A DNA stretch of 64,000 nucleotides from Paramoeba atlantica (lineage: Eukaryota > Protista > Discosea), in assembly GCA_977017575.1 (NCBI GenBank), contig CDRNVI010000156.1, positions 317,503 through 381,502 on the forward strand. Reading direction: 5' to 3'. The notes below the pieces were generated by a model that worked only from the letters and a program-made list of their open reading frames with translations, searched no databases and was not told the DNA's origin. Numbering within the stretch: the stretch's first letter is position 1; each line of letters begins with the position of its first letter. Made by a program: the position numbers and the translations under genes. Below, in pieces: positions 34,401-47,292 of the stretch.

Positions 34401-35614
34401 TGTCGGATGGTGTTGTCACCAGATGAGGGTTTGACAACAAGATATATATCTCTAGGAGAGGTTCTTATTTATTCTTATTGTGTTTTTGATTTGTTTGTTT
34501 CTTTCCCTTTCTAAAATTGAGTTGTGTTAGAATGCGACTTGGCCGAAATTGGCCCACATTAAACAGAGATTAAGGTTAGAACTTTGTATTTCTCGATCCC
34601 TTGAATATTTAAATGAACATAGAAGTGAAGAGGAGTTGCCTTATCCGGGTCTTTTTTCATTTTCTTTTTTTTTTTCTTCTTTTTCTTCCTTTTTGGGATA
34701 TTTGACTTATTCTTTTCGTTCTTTTAGAGGAAATGAAAATCAAAAGATTTTTAACAGTCTCTGAAGTTTTGGATCACAAAACAAAACAAAAAGTGAAGAA
34801 AACGAGCCGGGCAGAGATGGTCCAGGATGTCACCGCCCGTCTCCATCTTGATCTTCTACCAGGTTGTTCTTCCTCTTTTTTCTTTCAGTTTTCTCCCATA
34901 AGTGAATTGAATTTTTCGATAAAACAGCCCAGAATTTGGATCACAAAATTGGATCTTCCTCGGACACAGACGATATTCATATCCATTACCGATCTCCTTC
35001 TCGCTCTCCGATCAGTCTCCCGTCAAGTCCTGATATATTCTCTCTCTCGTCTCCATCAAAGGAGACTCAATCTTCCCCTCTTTTAACTTCACAGAAAGAA
35101 GAGAACGAGCCTCCTCTTTCTCCTGGACTAAAATCACGTTTAGCTTCTTGCTCTCATGAGTTTGAAGATGTAACTTTCAAGAGTCCAACATGGTGTGCTC
35201 TTTGTGCTGCCTTTCTGTATGGGTTATATCTTCAAGGAAAGGTTTAATCTTCAATTTCTTTTTTTTATTCCTCCAAAAACTCTTGCACACAGCCCTCCCA
35301 CCCTAAAAAACACCCAAACAAATCATGATGAAAACAATTAAAAAACAAAACAGAGATGTAAGTTGTGTCAAATTGCTGCTCATCATGGTTGTGCTCAACA
35401 TCTCCAAGAAATTGTTGGAGAAAAAAAAACACCAGAGGGAGAAAAGGGTGCGGGACTGGAAGATGAACCAGAAAGTCTCGAAGTTGTGGCTGATGATGCA
35501 TCTACTTTACCTGAAAAAGAGAAGGAGAAAGAAAAGGAAGAAGAATCGGAGGATTCAAAGAGGCAACAAGAATATAACACAAAGGCTCAAAGTATTCTTT
35601 TAGGGATTCATTAA
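31412..35614 (+). CDS. Patatin-like triacylglycerol lipase (TGL3/TGL4/SDP1-like) with hydrophobic N-terminus and C-terminal C1 zinc finger; 5' part rearranged
   Basis: SSYEEWK...W...YDW (DUF3336-like), ALCLSGGGALA, VSGTSGG, RWRDGS, YIVSQTNPHV; C1 motif HEFEDVTFKSPTWCALC...CKLCQIAAHHGC. Confidence 0.85.
32035..32090 (+). pseudogene. tRNA-Ser 3' fragment (nt 29-84) lying in a lipase intron
   Basis: GTGACTCGAAATCACATCCTGGAAACGGGGCGCAGGTTCAAATCCTGCTTCTGACG, then a pyrimidine tract and AG at 32124-32125. Confidence 0.9.
32257..32372. repeat. (T9C)n minisatellite in a lipase intron
   Basis: About 11 tandem TTTTTTTTTC units. Confidence 0.9.
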
Positions 35615-35743
35615 CATGAAAATTTTGTATTTTTTTGGAAACAAAAACCTGACAGAGACCAAGGAGAAAAAAAGAAATATGTTCAGAAAACCCAATTTCA
35701 TGAGGATTGGGGGGGGGGGAATATTTGTGAACCACATTTTTTT

Positions 35744-36536
35744 TCAATATTGAGATTGATGTTGGGGTTGAAGACGAACACAACCTGCAGGTTTGATATT
35801 CACACTTGGTTGATCAATCTCACTCAAACGAATCATTTCTCCAACCACAGTCTTAAACAAATCTCCAAGACCACTTGAATCTTTGGAACTTGTTTCAAAA
35901 TACCAATGTTCGAATTGAGAAAGATGTTGTTCAGTCCATTTGACCCCTTCTTCTCTCGTTACTCTTCTTTCATGTTTCAAATCAGTTTTGTTTCCAACAA
36001 CAGCAAAGTGTTTACATTTACCAAGAAAGGGGGAGATAGATGTGTGCCATCGATCCAAATTGTTGAATGATTCACGTGAGGTGATATCAAAAAGATAGAT
36101 CATAAAATCTGTTCCTCTCACATACGTTCGTGTGATACTTTGGTACTTTTCTTCTCCTGCTGTGTCCCAAAGCTGTGAATGAAGTGTTCAGTTTTTTTTC
36201 TTTTTGTTGAATGAAACAACATAATTCAACCTGGAGTTTGATGGATTGATTTTCACTTAATTGAATTTCTTTTGAGTAAAATTCAAGACCAATTGTAGCT
36301 TTCTTTTCTTCATCAAACTCATGGTGAGGGATACTGTCGGAGTAAAGCTGTTTTTCCAACTCTTGAAGTTTTTTGATTTTTCTTTCAGAACCCAAACCAA
36401 AAAAACAAAAAAAAAGGAGAATGAACCCAGAATCACCAAGAAGACAAATTTTAAAACGAGTTCTTGGTCCTGGATCAAGGATTGGGAATGGATTTGGGTT
36501 TTCTCTCCTTAATCTTGCAGTTCCACCACAACACAT
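35744..36536 (-). CDS. Rab-like small GTPase, copy 1 (N-terminal MCCGG, no C-terminal prenylation motif)
   Basis: FKICLLGDSG|VGKT, ATIGLEF, WDTAGEEKY, VVGNKTDL, FETSSK; ends PQHQSQY*. Confidence 0.88.
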
Positions 36537-36881
36537 CCTCTCCCACAACCAAAAGGATTTTGAGAAAAAGAAAAACAAAATTTTTGCTCCTTTCAAAGAG
36601 ATCTGTTTTTGTATTTTTTCTTTATTACTTTTTCTCTAAAGAAATTATTAAAAAGTCCCGGTCCCTTTATTTTTCTCTTTTTGAGTTTCGGCAAATTGTT
36701 TTCAGCTTTCTTTTTTTCTTTGGTTGTTCTCTCTTTCTTTCTCTCTCACCTTGTTCCTGTTAATTAGCCTAATCTGGCTTCCCAGATTGGCATTTGCCTT
36801 TTTGGCTCAGTTTATTATCTTCTTCACTCGATTCTTCCTTCTGTTTTTGGTTTTTATTGGGGAGCGTGAATAGCTGCTGAG

Positions 36882-38165
36882 ATGAATGTGTGTTTCTTTT
36901 TTCCTCTCCTCTTTGAGTCCTCTTGAAAAATACTTTATTTATTACCCAAGAATAGCTCTCACCTGACAAGTGTGCAGTTCCTTTGTCACAAAAATCACAA
37001 CAAAATCAATTGGAGACAATGCCACTTCCTAGAGCACAACCTCTCTCACTTGATCAACTTGTCAGCCCTGAAGACCCAACCCAACTTTATGACGACCTGA
37101 AGAAAATCGTTGAGTGCGCCGAATTTTTTCATGCAATTTCGACCAAAACTCAAAACAAAGTTACTCTCAAAAAAGTTGATTTAACCCAAAATAATTTGAA
37201 GCTTTTCATCTCTGAACTTAGCATTTTGAAAAGGAGTTCTCATCCCAATATTGTGGAATACATCGATTCATATCTCGTTAAAGATCAACTTTGGATTGTG
37301 CAAGAAATAAGAGAGTGTTGTTTAACTGATATTTTGGACCAATTTGAGAGCATTCAAATGACTGAAGACCAAATTGCTTATGTTTGTCGTGAGGTTCCCT
37401 TTTTCTTTTATTGTTTTAATTTCTTTTCTTTGATGTTTTTTGAATTGTAGACACTGAGAGCTCTCTGGTACCTCCACAATCAACACATAATCCATCGTGA
37501 TATCAAGAGTGACACTATTTACCTGAATGGCAAAGGGGAAGTTAAAATTGCTGATTTTGGTTATTCTGTTCAATTAACACAAGAAGAAGTAAAGAGAAAT
37601 ACAGTTGTTGGAACTCCTTATTGGATGGCTCCTGAAGTAATTCGTGGTCAGGACTATGGGGTAAAAGTTGATATTTGGAGTTTAGGGATTGTGGCGATGG
37701 AGATGGCTGAAGGTGAACCTCCTTACATGGAACATCCACCTTTGAGAGTTTGTCCACCCTTTTTTGTTATTTTTAGTTTTTCTTCCTCTCTTCATTTTAC
37801 TCATTTTTCATTGAACAGGCTCTTTTTTTGATCGTAACGAAAGGTATTCCTGATTTGAAAGAGTCTCACAAATGGTCTTTTGAATTTCGAGATTTCATTT
37901 CACAATGTTTGAGGATGGAAGTTGAAGATCGTCCAGATGCTCCTGCTTTATTGAAGGTTCTTTCTCCTTCTCTCTTTTTCTTTCCTTCTTTTTCTTCAAT
38001 GAAAGTAAAACAAAAAAATAGCACCCTTTCTTGCAGAAGGTGTGTGGGTGTGTTGATCTTATTTCACTGCAAGAATCTGTTAAAATGGTGAAAGAGGGGA
38101 ATTGGGTTGATGGTTTGGAGCAAAAACAAGGAGTGAAGAAAGAAAAGGAAGAAGAACAATCTTGA
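36882..38165 (+). CDS. STE20/PAK-like kinase domain without CRIB, copy 1 (degenerate Gly loop, HRDIKSDT; possible pseudokinase)
   Basis: [54 protein letters not shown]. Confidence 0.85.
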
Positions 38166-38259
38166 GGATTTTACAACAACCATTTGAACACAAAAACCCA
38201 AAAAACCCATTCTTTTATTTTAACAATCATGAAAAGAAAAATGAGAAATACGTTCTTTG

Positions 38260-38400
38260 TGAATCAGTTCAGTTCAGGGGGATTGGGAATGTTTGTGGTG
38301 GCCATCCTTTTTTTTTCTTTCATCTTGCAGTTCCACCCCAACCATTCTCACAACCAAAACTTTTTTGAAAAAAAAAAAGAGATCTGTTTTTGTATTTTTT
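38260..38400 (-). pseudogene. Rab relic: 3' flank joined to the 5' start region, coding sequence deleted
   Basis: TCAGTTCAGGGGATTGGGAATGTTTGTGGTG (matches the Rab 3' flank at 40070-40110) is joined to TCTTGCAGTTCCACC...CACAACCAAAA...GAGATCTGTTTTTG (matches 36514-36615). Confidence 0.7.
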
Positions 38401-38592
38401 ATTGACCACTTTTTTCTCTTTTTCTCTGAATAAAAATGATAAAAAATCCCAATCCTTTTGTTTTTTGTTTTTTGTTTTTGTTTTCGGCTTTCTGTCCCTC
38501 TCTCACCTTTTTCTTGTTAAGTATCCTTCTCTGACTTCCTCCTTTGCGCTTGATTCTTCCTTCTGTTTTTGGTTTTTTGTTGGGGAGTGTGA

Positions 38593-39909
38593 ATGGCTGC
38601 TGAAATGAATGTGTGTTTCTTTTTTTCCTCTCCTCTTTGAGTCCTCTTGAAAAATACTTTTATTTATTACTCAAGAATAGCTCTCACCTGGCAAGTGCAC
38701 AATTCAGGCACGAAAATCACAACAAAATCAATTGGAGATAGTGTCACTTCCTCGAGCACAACCTTTCTCACTTGATCAACTTGTCAGTCTTGAGGACCCA
38801 ACCCAACTTTATGGCGACATGGAGTCACTTGGTGAGTTTTGCGGCTTTGGGGCTGAATTTTTTCATGCAATTTCGACCAAAACTCAAAACAAAGTTACTC
38901 TCAAAAAAGTTGATTTAACCCAAGATAATTTGAAGCTTTTCATCTCTGAACTTAGCATTTTGAAAAGGAGTTCTCATCCCAATATTGTGGAATACATCGA
39001 TTCATATCTCGTTAAAGATCAACTTTGGATTGTGTTGGAGTCCATGAGAGGATGTTTAACTGATATTTTGGACCAATTTGAGAGCATTCAAATGACTGAA
39101 GACCAAATTGCTCATGTTTGTCGTGAGGTTCCCTTTTTCTTTTGATTTGAAATTGTTTTGATTTAAAATTATTTTGATATTTTTTGAATTGTAGACACTG
39201 AGAGCTCTCTGGTACCTCCACAATCAACACATAATCCATCGTGATATCAAGAGTGACAATATTTTCCTGAATAACAAAGGGGAAGTTAAAATTGCTGATT
39301 TTGGTTATTCTGTTCAATTAACACAAGAAGAAGCGAACGGAAATACAGTTGTTGGAACTTCTTATTGGATGGCTCCTGAAGTAATTCGTGGTCAGGCCTA
39401 TGGGATAAAAGTTGATATTTGGGGTTTAGGGATTATGGCGATGGAGATGGCTGAAGGTGAACCTCCTTACATGGAACATCCACCTTTGAGAGTTTGTCCA
39501 CCCTCTTTTGTTATTTTTAGTTTTTCTTCCTCTCTTCATTTTACTCATTTTTCATTGAACAGGCTCTTTTTTTGATCGTAACGAAAGGTATTCCTGATTT
39601 GAAAGAGTCTCACAAATGGTCTTTTGAATTTCGAGATTTCATTTCACAATGTTTGAGGATGGAAGTTGAAGATCGTCCAGATGCTCCTGCTTTATTGAAG
39701 GTTCTTTCTCCTTCTCTCTTTTTCTTTCCTTCTTTTTCTTCAATGAAAGTAAAACAAAAAAATAGCACCCTTTCTTGCAGAAGGTGTGTGGGTGTGTTGA
39801 TCTTATTTCACTGCAAGAATCTGTTAAAATGGTGAAAGAGGGGAATTTTGGTGATGGTTTGGAACAAAAACAAGGAGTGAAGAAAGAAAAGGAAGAAGAA
39901 CAATCTTGA
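38593..39909 (+). CDS. STE20/PAK-like kinase domain without CRIB, copy 2
   Basis: Near-identical to copy 1; [22 protein letters not shown]. Confidence 0.85.
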
Positions 39910-40123
39910 GGATTTTGAAGAGGCAACAACGCAAAAACTAAAAACCCATTCTTTTATTTTAACAATCATGATGAAAGGAAAAATGAGAAATATGAAAAAC
40001 GAACGTTCATAGGTAGTTCTCTCTTTATTTTAACAAACATGAAAGGAAAAATGAATCTATTCTTTGTGAATCAGTTCAGTTCAGGGGGATTGGGGGAATG
40101 TTTGTGGTGAATCATCCTTTCTT

Positions 40124-40932
40124 TCAATATTGAGATTGATGTTGGGGTTGAAGACGAACACAACCTGCAGGTTTGATATTCACACTTGGTTGATCAATCT
40201 CACTCAAACGAATCATTTCTCCAACCACAGTCTTAAACAAATCTCCAAGACCACTTGAATCTTTGGAACTTGTTTCAAAATACCAATGTTCGAATTGAGA
40301 AAGATGTTGTTCAGTCCATTTGACCCCTTCTTCTCTTGATACTTTTCTTTCATGTTTCAAATCAGTTTTGTTTCCAACAACAGCAAAGTGTTTACATTCA
40401 CCAAGAGAGGGGGAGATAGATGTGTGCCATCGATCCAAATTATGGAATGATTCACGTGAGGTGATATCAAAAAGATAGATCATAAAATCTGTTCCTCTCA
40501 CATACGTTCGTGTGAGACTTTGGTATTTTTCTTCTCCTGCTGTGTCCCAAAGCTGTGAATGAAGTGTTCAGTTTTTTTTCTTTTTTTCTTTCGATTCTGT
40601 TTTTTTCAAATGGGTTGAATGAAACAACATAATTCAACCTGGAGTTTTATGGATTGATTTTCACTTAATTGAATTTCTTTTAAATGAAAGTCTCCACCAA
40701 TTGTAGCTTTGTTTTCTTCATCAAACTCATGGTGAAGATACTGTCGGAGTAAAGCTGTTTTTCCAACTCTTGAAGTTTTTTGATTTTTCTTTCAGAACCC
40801 AAAAACAAAAAAACAAAAAAAAAGGAGAACGAACCCAGAATCACCAAGAAGACAAATTTTGAAGCTATTTTTTGGAACAATAAGAAGAGGTTCTTCTCTT
40901 CTACTCCGTCCACTCCCGCCACCACAACACAT
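40124..40932 (-). CDS. Rab-like small GTPase, copy 2
   Basis: MCCGGGSGRSRREEPLLIVPKNSFKICLLGDSG...; last exon near-identical to copy 1. Confidence 0.85.
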
Positions 40933-41134
40933 TCTCACCCACAACCAAACGAAAGAGAGAACGAAAGCAAGTCTGCTCCTTTTCTCAATATCGCTTTTTT
41001 GTATTTTTTTCAGGCTTTATTTTTGTCTTTTCTAATAATCAAAAAAACTCCAATCCCTTTCTCTCTTTTTTTTTTCGTTTTTTTCGGTTCAGTCTTTCTT
41101 TCTTGGCGGTTCCAGTTTTCCCTTTTATTCGTTG

Positions 41135-42547
41135 ATGAGTTTCCTTCTCGTTCTCTTCATTGGGTTCTCTCTCCAGAATCCATATATCTCAGAACCAGAT
41201 GGTCTTGATTTGAATTTTTGTTGTGTCAAATGACAAACTCCTCTGATTATTTTGTCAGGGTATGATTACTGCCAGGCCTCTTTCGATACCCAAAAGGAAA
41301 CGCAACGAATTCAAAATCGGCTCGATTCTGGGCTCTCTTTAGTTCAAGTTCAAATTCTGACTCGACATGGTGATCGTTCTCCCATTCATTGGTTTCGCTC
41401 TCCTGTTTACAACGACACAGCCATTTGGAACTGCAAAATCGATCGGCTGAGTTACGAGAATTATGAAAATAGATACACCACACAAAATCGTCTTACTTCA
41501 GAACGGTTTATGCCAGGACGCCAAGCCAATCTTGGGAACTGTGGCCTTGGGTCCTTGACTCAGAAAGGAGCAAACCAACATATTCAAAATGGGGAACTGT
41601 TCCGAACGATGTATGTCGATACCGCGAAGTTTCTCTCTGAGAAATGGGATGACAAATCGGTGTATGTCCGAAGCGGTGATGAGATTCGGCTGGTGGAATC
41701 AGCTCAATCCATTCTTGTTGGTCTCTATCCTCCTCAAAAAGACAATCCAATCGAACAGCGCCAAAATATTGATCTCATTGATTCGAGTTTTGATAATATG
41801 AAGCCATCAATCATCGATGTTTGTCCTTTGGGTTCCGATATTAAAAAAGGATCGTATGAGACTCCTGCATGGAAAAACTTTTCTGTGTATGATGATAATG
41901 TCACTGAACAACTGTGTGATATTTTCGAAACGAGTGTGACCATTAACATGATTAATGACCAAATTAAAGCGCGGAGCTGTCATGACTTCGACGTCACCTT
42001 TGGGGGTCTCTTATCTCAAGATATGATTGATGAAGTTCAACAGCTTTCTCTCTATGATTTTATTTTCTTTCCAAATCGAACTTGGGCGAATCGTTATGGG
42101 ATTGGTTCCTTTCTTGGAGAAATGTTGGGTTATTTCGATCAAAAGGTGGCAAACAGGAATGACTTTAAGTTTATTCTTTTTTCTGGTCACGATAACTCTG
42201 TTTGGCCTCTGTTAAATTCGTTAAATCTCTTTGATGGTCTCTGGCCCCCTTTGGCATCACATGTTGTTTTTGAATTTTGGACCAATGAACAGCATGAGTT
42301 TTTTGTGGAGATTATTTATAATGGGAGATCACTTACAAGTTATTTAGATGGATGTGGTGGTGTTGATTCTTGTCCCTATACCACTTTTAAAAATATTACC
42401 CGACCCGTGGCTCTGAATCTTGATGAATTTTGGAAAGAATGTTCTCTTCCCTCGAGAAGGAAAGGAAAAGTGTTCAACAACTACCAATTTCCCTTTTTTG
42501 TCTCTTCCCAAAAACCTAATCTTCGATCTTTATCTTTTCTCTGGTAA
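41135..42547 (+). CDS. Secreted/lysosomal histidine acid phosphatase (branch 2)
   Basis: RHGDRSP and SGHD motifs; short hydrophobic first exon spliced in frame. Confidence 0.92.
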
Positions 42548-43006
42548 ACCAAACCAAACCAAATGTAAATAAGGAAATCCTTTACAGCTTCAAAAACACC
42601 TCGCTCTCAATCTCTCTCAACCAAACTTGAAAAAAACTTGAAACCAAATGTAAACCAACAAGGAATTCCCCACCTTTCTCATTCTGATGCACTAGATTTA
42701 GCTCTCGAATCATTCTTCATTCAAAATCCGATGCTTCACGACTTGAGAACCTGCAGGTTCTTCACTCTCCATATTCTTTCGTTCTTGGAAGATCGTCACA
42801 CCCAATGCATCTTCACCCTTTTCACTTTTACCTTTTCTCGTTTTGCTTTTGGCTTTTGTGCTTTCTTTTCTCTTTCTCATTTTCGAAAAGGCGGGATCTG
42901 AGAATCTCAAAACAGATAATTCTAAAAAAGGGAAATTTATGTTTTGTTTCCGCGCAGGTTTTTTTTTCTGAGTTGGTCCAGTTTTTGGTTTTTTCCAAGA
43001 CGCTGA

Positions 43007-46000
43007 ATGGCTTCCTGGGTTCGCGCGGACTCAGCAGATTTACTATCAAAGGAGATGAAATCATCTGGAGAGAAAAACTCAAAAGACAGTTACAAAGTCT
43101 CACTCTGTCTTGTTGATGGGAGTACCGCTATTCAGACGATCACAAGAGCAAAGTCTTTGAAGGATCCGAATACCTTTGGGTTGGTCGAAGAAGGTGGTGC
43201 TGCTACTTCTGAGTTGGAATTACATTGGGATGTTCCTCGAAAGACTTATTTTAGAAAGGTTTCTCTTCTCTTCTCTCTTTTTTTTTGGTTTTTCAAAATA
43301 AAAATTGGTACAAAAAAAATGCAAATAGGGATCTGATTCTCTTCGGATCTTCATCATTAAAAGGCATGATGGTCGAGATGCAATCTTTGGAGAGGTAATA
43401 CTCTTCTTCTTGTTTTCTTTTTCGCTCTCTCGCTTCTCTCTCTCTCTCTCTCTCTTTTTCTCTAAGAGTCGGGGTGATAGGTGAATATTAAGATGGCGAA
43501 AGTTCCTTTTGATCGAGAATTTTCTGTCGATATCAAGAGTGGTTCTGAGGTTCTTTTTCCTTCCTTCTCTTTTGTTCTCTGTTCTGGTAAATATTTTTTT
43601 TCCCCAAGCTTGTTGGATATGTAACTCTCTCATTTTCGAGTGGAGATATCAAACAAAAGAAGGCAAAACTGGAGAAACAAGAAAAGACCAAACCTGGTTT
43701 GATTCTTTTTGACAAGGAAAAAAACACTCTTCAAATCTTCTCATTTTTGAACTAACCTTTCTCGTTAGAGAGAAAAAGAGAGAAAGAAATACGAGGTGGG
43801 GGGAGCAATAGCAGTGGGAGTGGTGGTAGTTTTGGTGGTCCAAATAGGAGTGCTAGTTCTGGTCCAAGTGCTGCTGAAGAGGGAAAAGAGTTAGATGAAG
43901 ATCTCAAGGAATTGAAGAAAGCTTTGAATTCAAAGAAGAAAAGTTTTTCGAAGAAAATGACTCAAAGAATTAAAGATGCTTCTTTATGTGGAGGGACAGA
44001 GCAGGTTTTTTTCTTTTTCTTTTTTATTCTTTTTTTTTGGGGGGGAAGAACAAAAGACAATTTCTTCTTTTCTATTTTTATCTTCTTTAAAAAATGTCTA
44101 TTAAGTTGGATCTGAGTGAAATGAACTTGGAACTCTTTCCTGCTGCTTCTGCAATCATTGACCCTCTTCCAACATCTGTGAAGGAGCTTGATGCCTCGTT
44201 CGTTTTCTGATTTCTTTATTTTTATTTTTTACTTTTTCTTCTTTTCACTCTGCAAAGATGTCATCCATTAAACCAATTCTACTATGGCAGATTTAATCAG
44301 ATTGTTTTGACACCAGACTTTTCCATTTTTTCGAATCTGACGACCTTGAACTTGAATGGAAACAAACTTACAAGAGTCTCTTTGTTATTTCGCTCTCTCG
44401 TTCTTTTCTTTTGACTAAATAGTTTATTTTAGCTTTCCTCTGTCATTGGTTTGGCGACAAGTTTGACTGAATTAAGTCTCATTGGGAATCAACTTGTGAG
44501 TGTCTCAAAGCAAATCAGGAAAATCAAAAATTTAGAAAAAGTTTTTTTTTCTTTTAATTTCTCTTTTTTTTTTCTTTCTTTATCTTGGTTTTTTTTTTGT
44601 TCTGACAAAAATGAGTAGTTAAACCTGTCAAACAATAATTTAGAAGAGTTGGATTTGATGGGTCTTCCTCGAATGGATGATTTAAATGTTTCTGGGAATC
44701 GTTTGAAAGCTATTCCTTGGGGAATGCGCACGATGGAACTTCTCACAACTTTTGATATTTCTGGGTATGTTTGAGACGTTTTTTTGATCAAGATAGAGGA
44801 TTAAAATTGGAAATTTGTTCCTCCTTTTTTAAATTTTCAATTAAAAAATAGGAATCAAGTCCCCCATTTATCGAGTGATATTTGTGGGTGTACTAGATTA
44901 ATTGAGCTCAATGTAGCATCAAACAAACTCGAAAAATTGCCGGATGGGATTGGCAATTTAACTCGAGTCTGCACATTAAATATTGCCGATAATAGGTTCA
45001 GATATATTTTGATTTCTGTGTCATCTTTTTTTATGCCCAATTTCGAATTCGATTTATTTTTTATTTCTTTTTTTTTTAATTCCCGTGAGAGTTGACTTTT
45101 TTTTTAGAGTTTCAGATTTGCCATATTCTATTGGTAAGCTCCCACTCTCATATTTTGATATTTCACGAAACCCCATTAAAGACCCAAAAATTATTGAAAA
45201 ATTCAAAATTGGAACTGATCATCTCCAATCTTACTTGGAGTTGAGAGGGGATCTTGCGGCAAGTGATCAAAAGCGCCAAAGAAAAATTGAACAGCAGACA
45301 GCAAAGAGGGAACCTTCACCCCCACGAAAGCGCCCTGAGAAATCAAAGAAAGATGGTTTAGCAAAAAGAAAAAACCCTGAAATTCGGTTGTCTCATGAAG
45401 GTTCGCTCTTTTTCTTCCTCTTTTTCTTCTTCGAAAAATCGAATCTCATATTTTGGGTTACAATCACTCCTCCCTCCTCTCCAAATTTCAGGAAGAAACT
45501 CGCCAATGTCAAATAAGCCTCCTCCCCTACTCACAGTACCACAAAATACCAATTCTCCGACTCGTCGAACTTCTCCTTCACCTATTCGCCTCCCCCAGGG
45601 AAGTGGGAGCGCAGTTCCAGCTTCCCCAAGAAATCTTCCACCAAAGTCCCTTGCTGTGCCAGGTCCAAGAACCCCTCGAGCGAGGCCCTCATCATCCCAC
45701 TCAATTCCTGCATCTCCTCGTTCGCAAACTCCAGAACAACGGCTCCCTGTCCAGCAAATTTTGTCATCGTCTGCCGGCAATAAACCTCATTCAGCTCCTC
45801 ATCTTCAAGTTGAATCACATGGACGTCCATCAAAGTTATCACAAGAGATTAACCCAAGGAATTTGAGTGGGGGTGGGAGTGTTGTCCCTCCTCCTTCTCC
45901 TCGAACCGTGAATGTTGATCAAGTTAAGCAAGTCATCGGGCTCTGTAAAGAGCATATGGGAACTGTTTTGCGAATTTCACGACATGTCAAGGTTGAATTT

Positions 46001-46602
46001 TATTTACTTTCCCATAAAAATATTTCCCTTCTTTTGTTTGAAAGAAAAATGAAGAAAATTAAAAAATGGTCAATGACAGGCTGTTTTGGTGACATATTCA
46101 TCGGTTCAACAACTTATGCAAATTGCTGGTCATCTCAAATTCAGCAAAGAGTCTTTTCGGGACTTGAAGCAATTGACACCTGTTCTTTACTCTTCTCACT
46201 ATTTTCCTTTCTTCATTCAATTTTCTGATGCTGTAAATTTAATGCAGGATCATTTAATTGTCTCTCCTCAAATTAACGCCCCAACGACAAGATTTGGGGA
46301 GCAATTTAACACTCTTCTTCGAACACTCTTGGTCTTATGCAATGAAATTGAGTCAGTAATAACTGCTCTTTCTCAGTATATCACTTCACTCACCAGGTTT
46401 TATTTTTGATCACATAAATCACATAAGGAGAGGGAGAAATCAACTTTTCTTCCTCTCTGACTCAACCCATTCTCACCAACTTCTTTTTAGAGAATATTTG
46501 ACTGGAACAGGAGATCAGACCAAACTTCGTGTGGTTGTCCAAGCCGGGAAGCTCACTCGCACTCTTGCACAATCACTTCAACCACTTGACCAAATAAATT
46601 AA
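43007..46602 (+). CDS. Leucine-rich-repeat protein (SHOC2-like LRRs) with possible FERM-like N-terminus, P/S-rich linker and helical C-terminus
   Basis: Repeated LxxLxLxxNxL exons at 44100-45200 (KLDLSEMNL, LNLNGNKL, LNLSNNNL, LNVSGNRL, LNVASNKLEKLPDGIG). Confidence 0.75.
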
Positions 46603-47292
46603 TATTGTTTAGAATCAAACCAAACTTTGAAATTGAAAGAGAACAAAATCAAATCGAAGACCCAAAACGGAGTTTTTCTGAAGACAAAATTTTGGATCAA
46701 AAGTACACCTTTCTTTTTTGCGTTTTGGGAGTTGTGTTCGTTCTCTGTCTTTGGGCGTTTGGGAGACTTTCCTGAACTCTCAGCAGATTGAATGAATTTT
46801 AAGCTTGATGAAAACCAACCCCTGACTTTTTCTTCGAAGTTTTGTCACCAACCAAAACAGAAAAGAGACAACAAAACTAAAATTTAACAGCACAAAAAGA
46901 ACAAAGTATCAAAAAAGAAGAAATTTTGAACAGACTGCTCGAAAGAGAAGATTCTCGAAAAAAGAATTGGCAAGCAAAAAAAAACGGGGTTCAGACGAAA
47001 CTCATGCAAGTTTTATCCTTCCCCCAGAATTAAGAATGAGAGATAAACTAAACAGGAAATTGGGACCTGAAAAACCAAATTTTTTTTGTTCCCGAAAGTT
47101 AGATGTGGGATCAAAAAATCTTTTTGTTTTTTTTTCTGTTTTTTGTGGTTCAAGTTTGGTGTTGAAAGTTTGGGTTTTGAAGTTGCAACGATGGGCCCTG
47201 GTGATCTTCTTGGCGGGTGTCGCAGGTTTCTTTCTGTTCTTTTCCTTTGATTAATCTTTCTTTTCTTTCTTTTTGATCTCTCGTTTTGAAGG

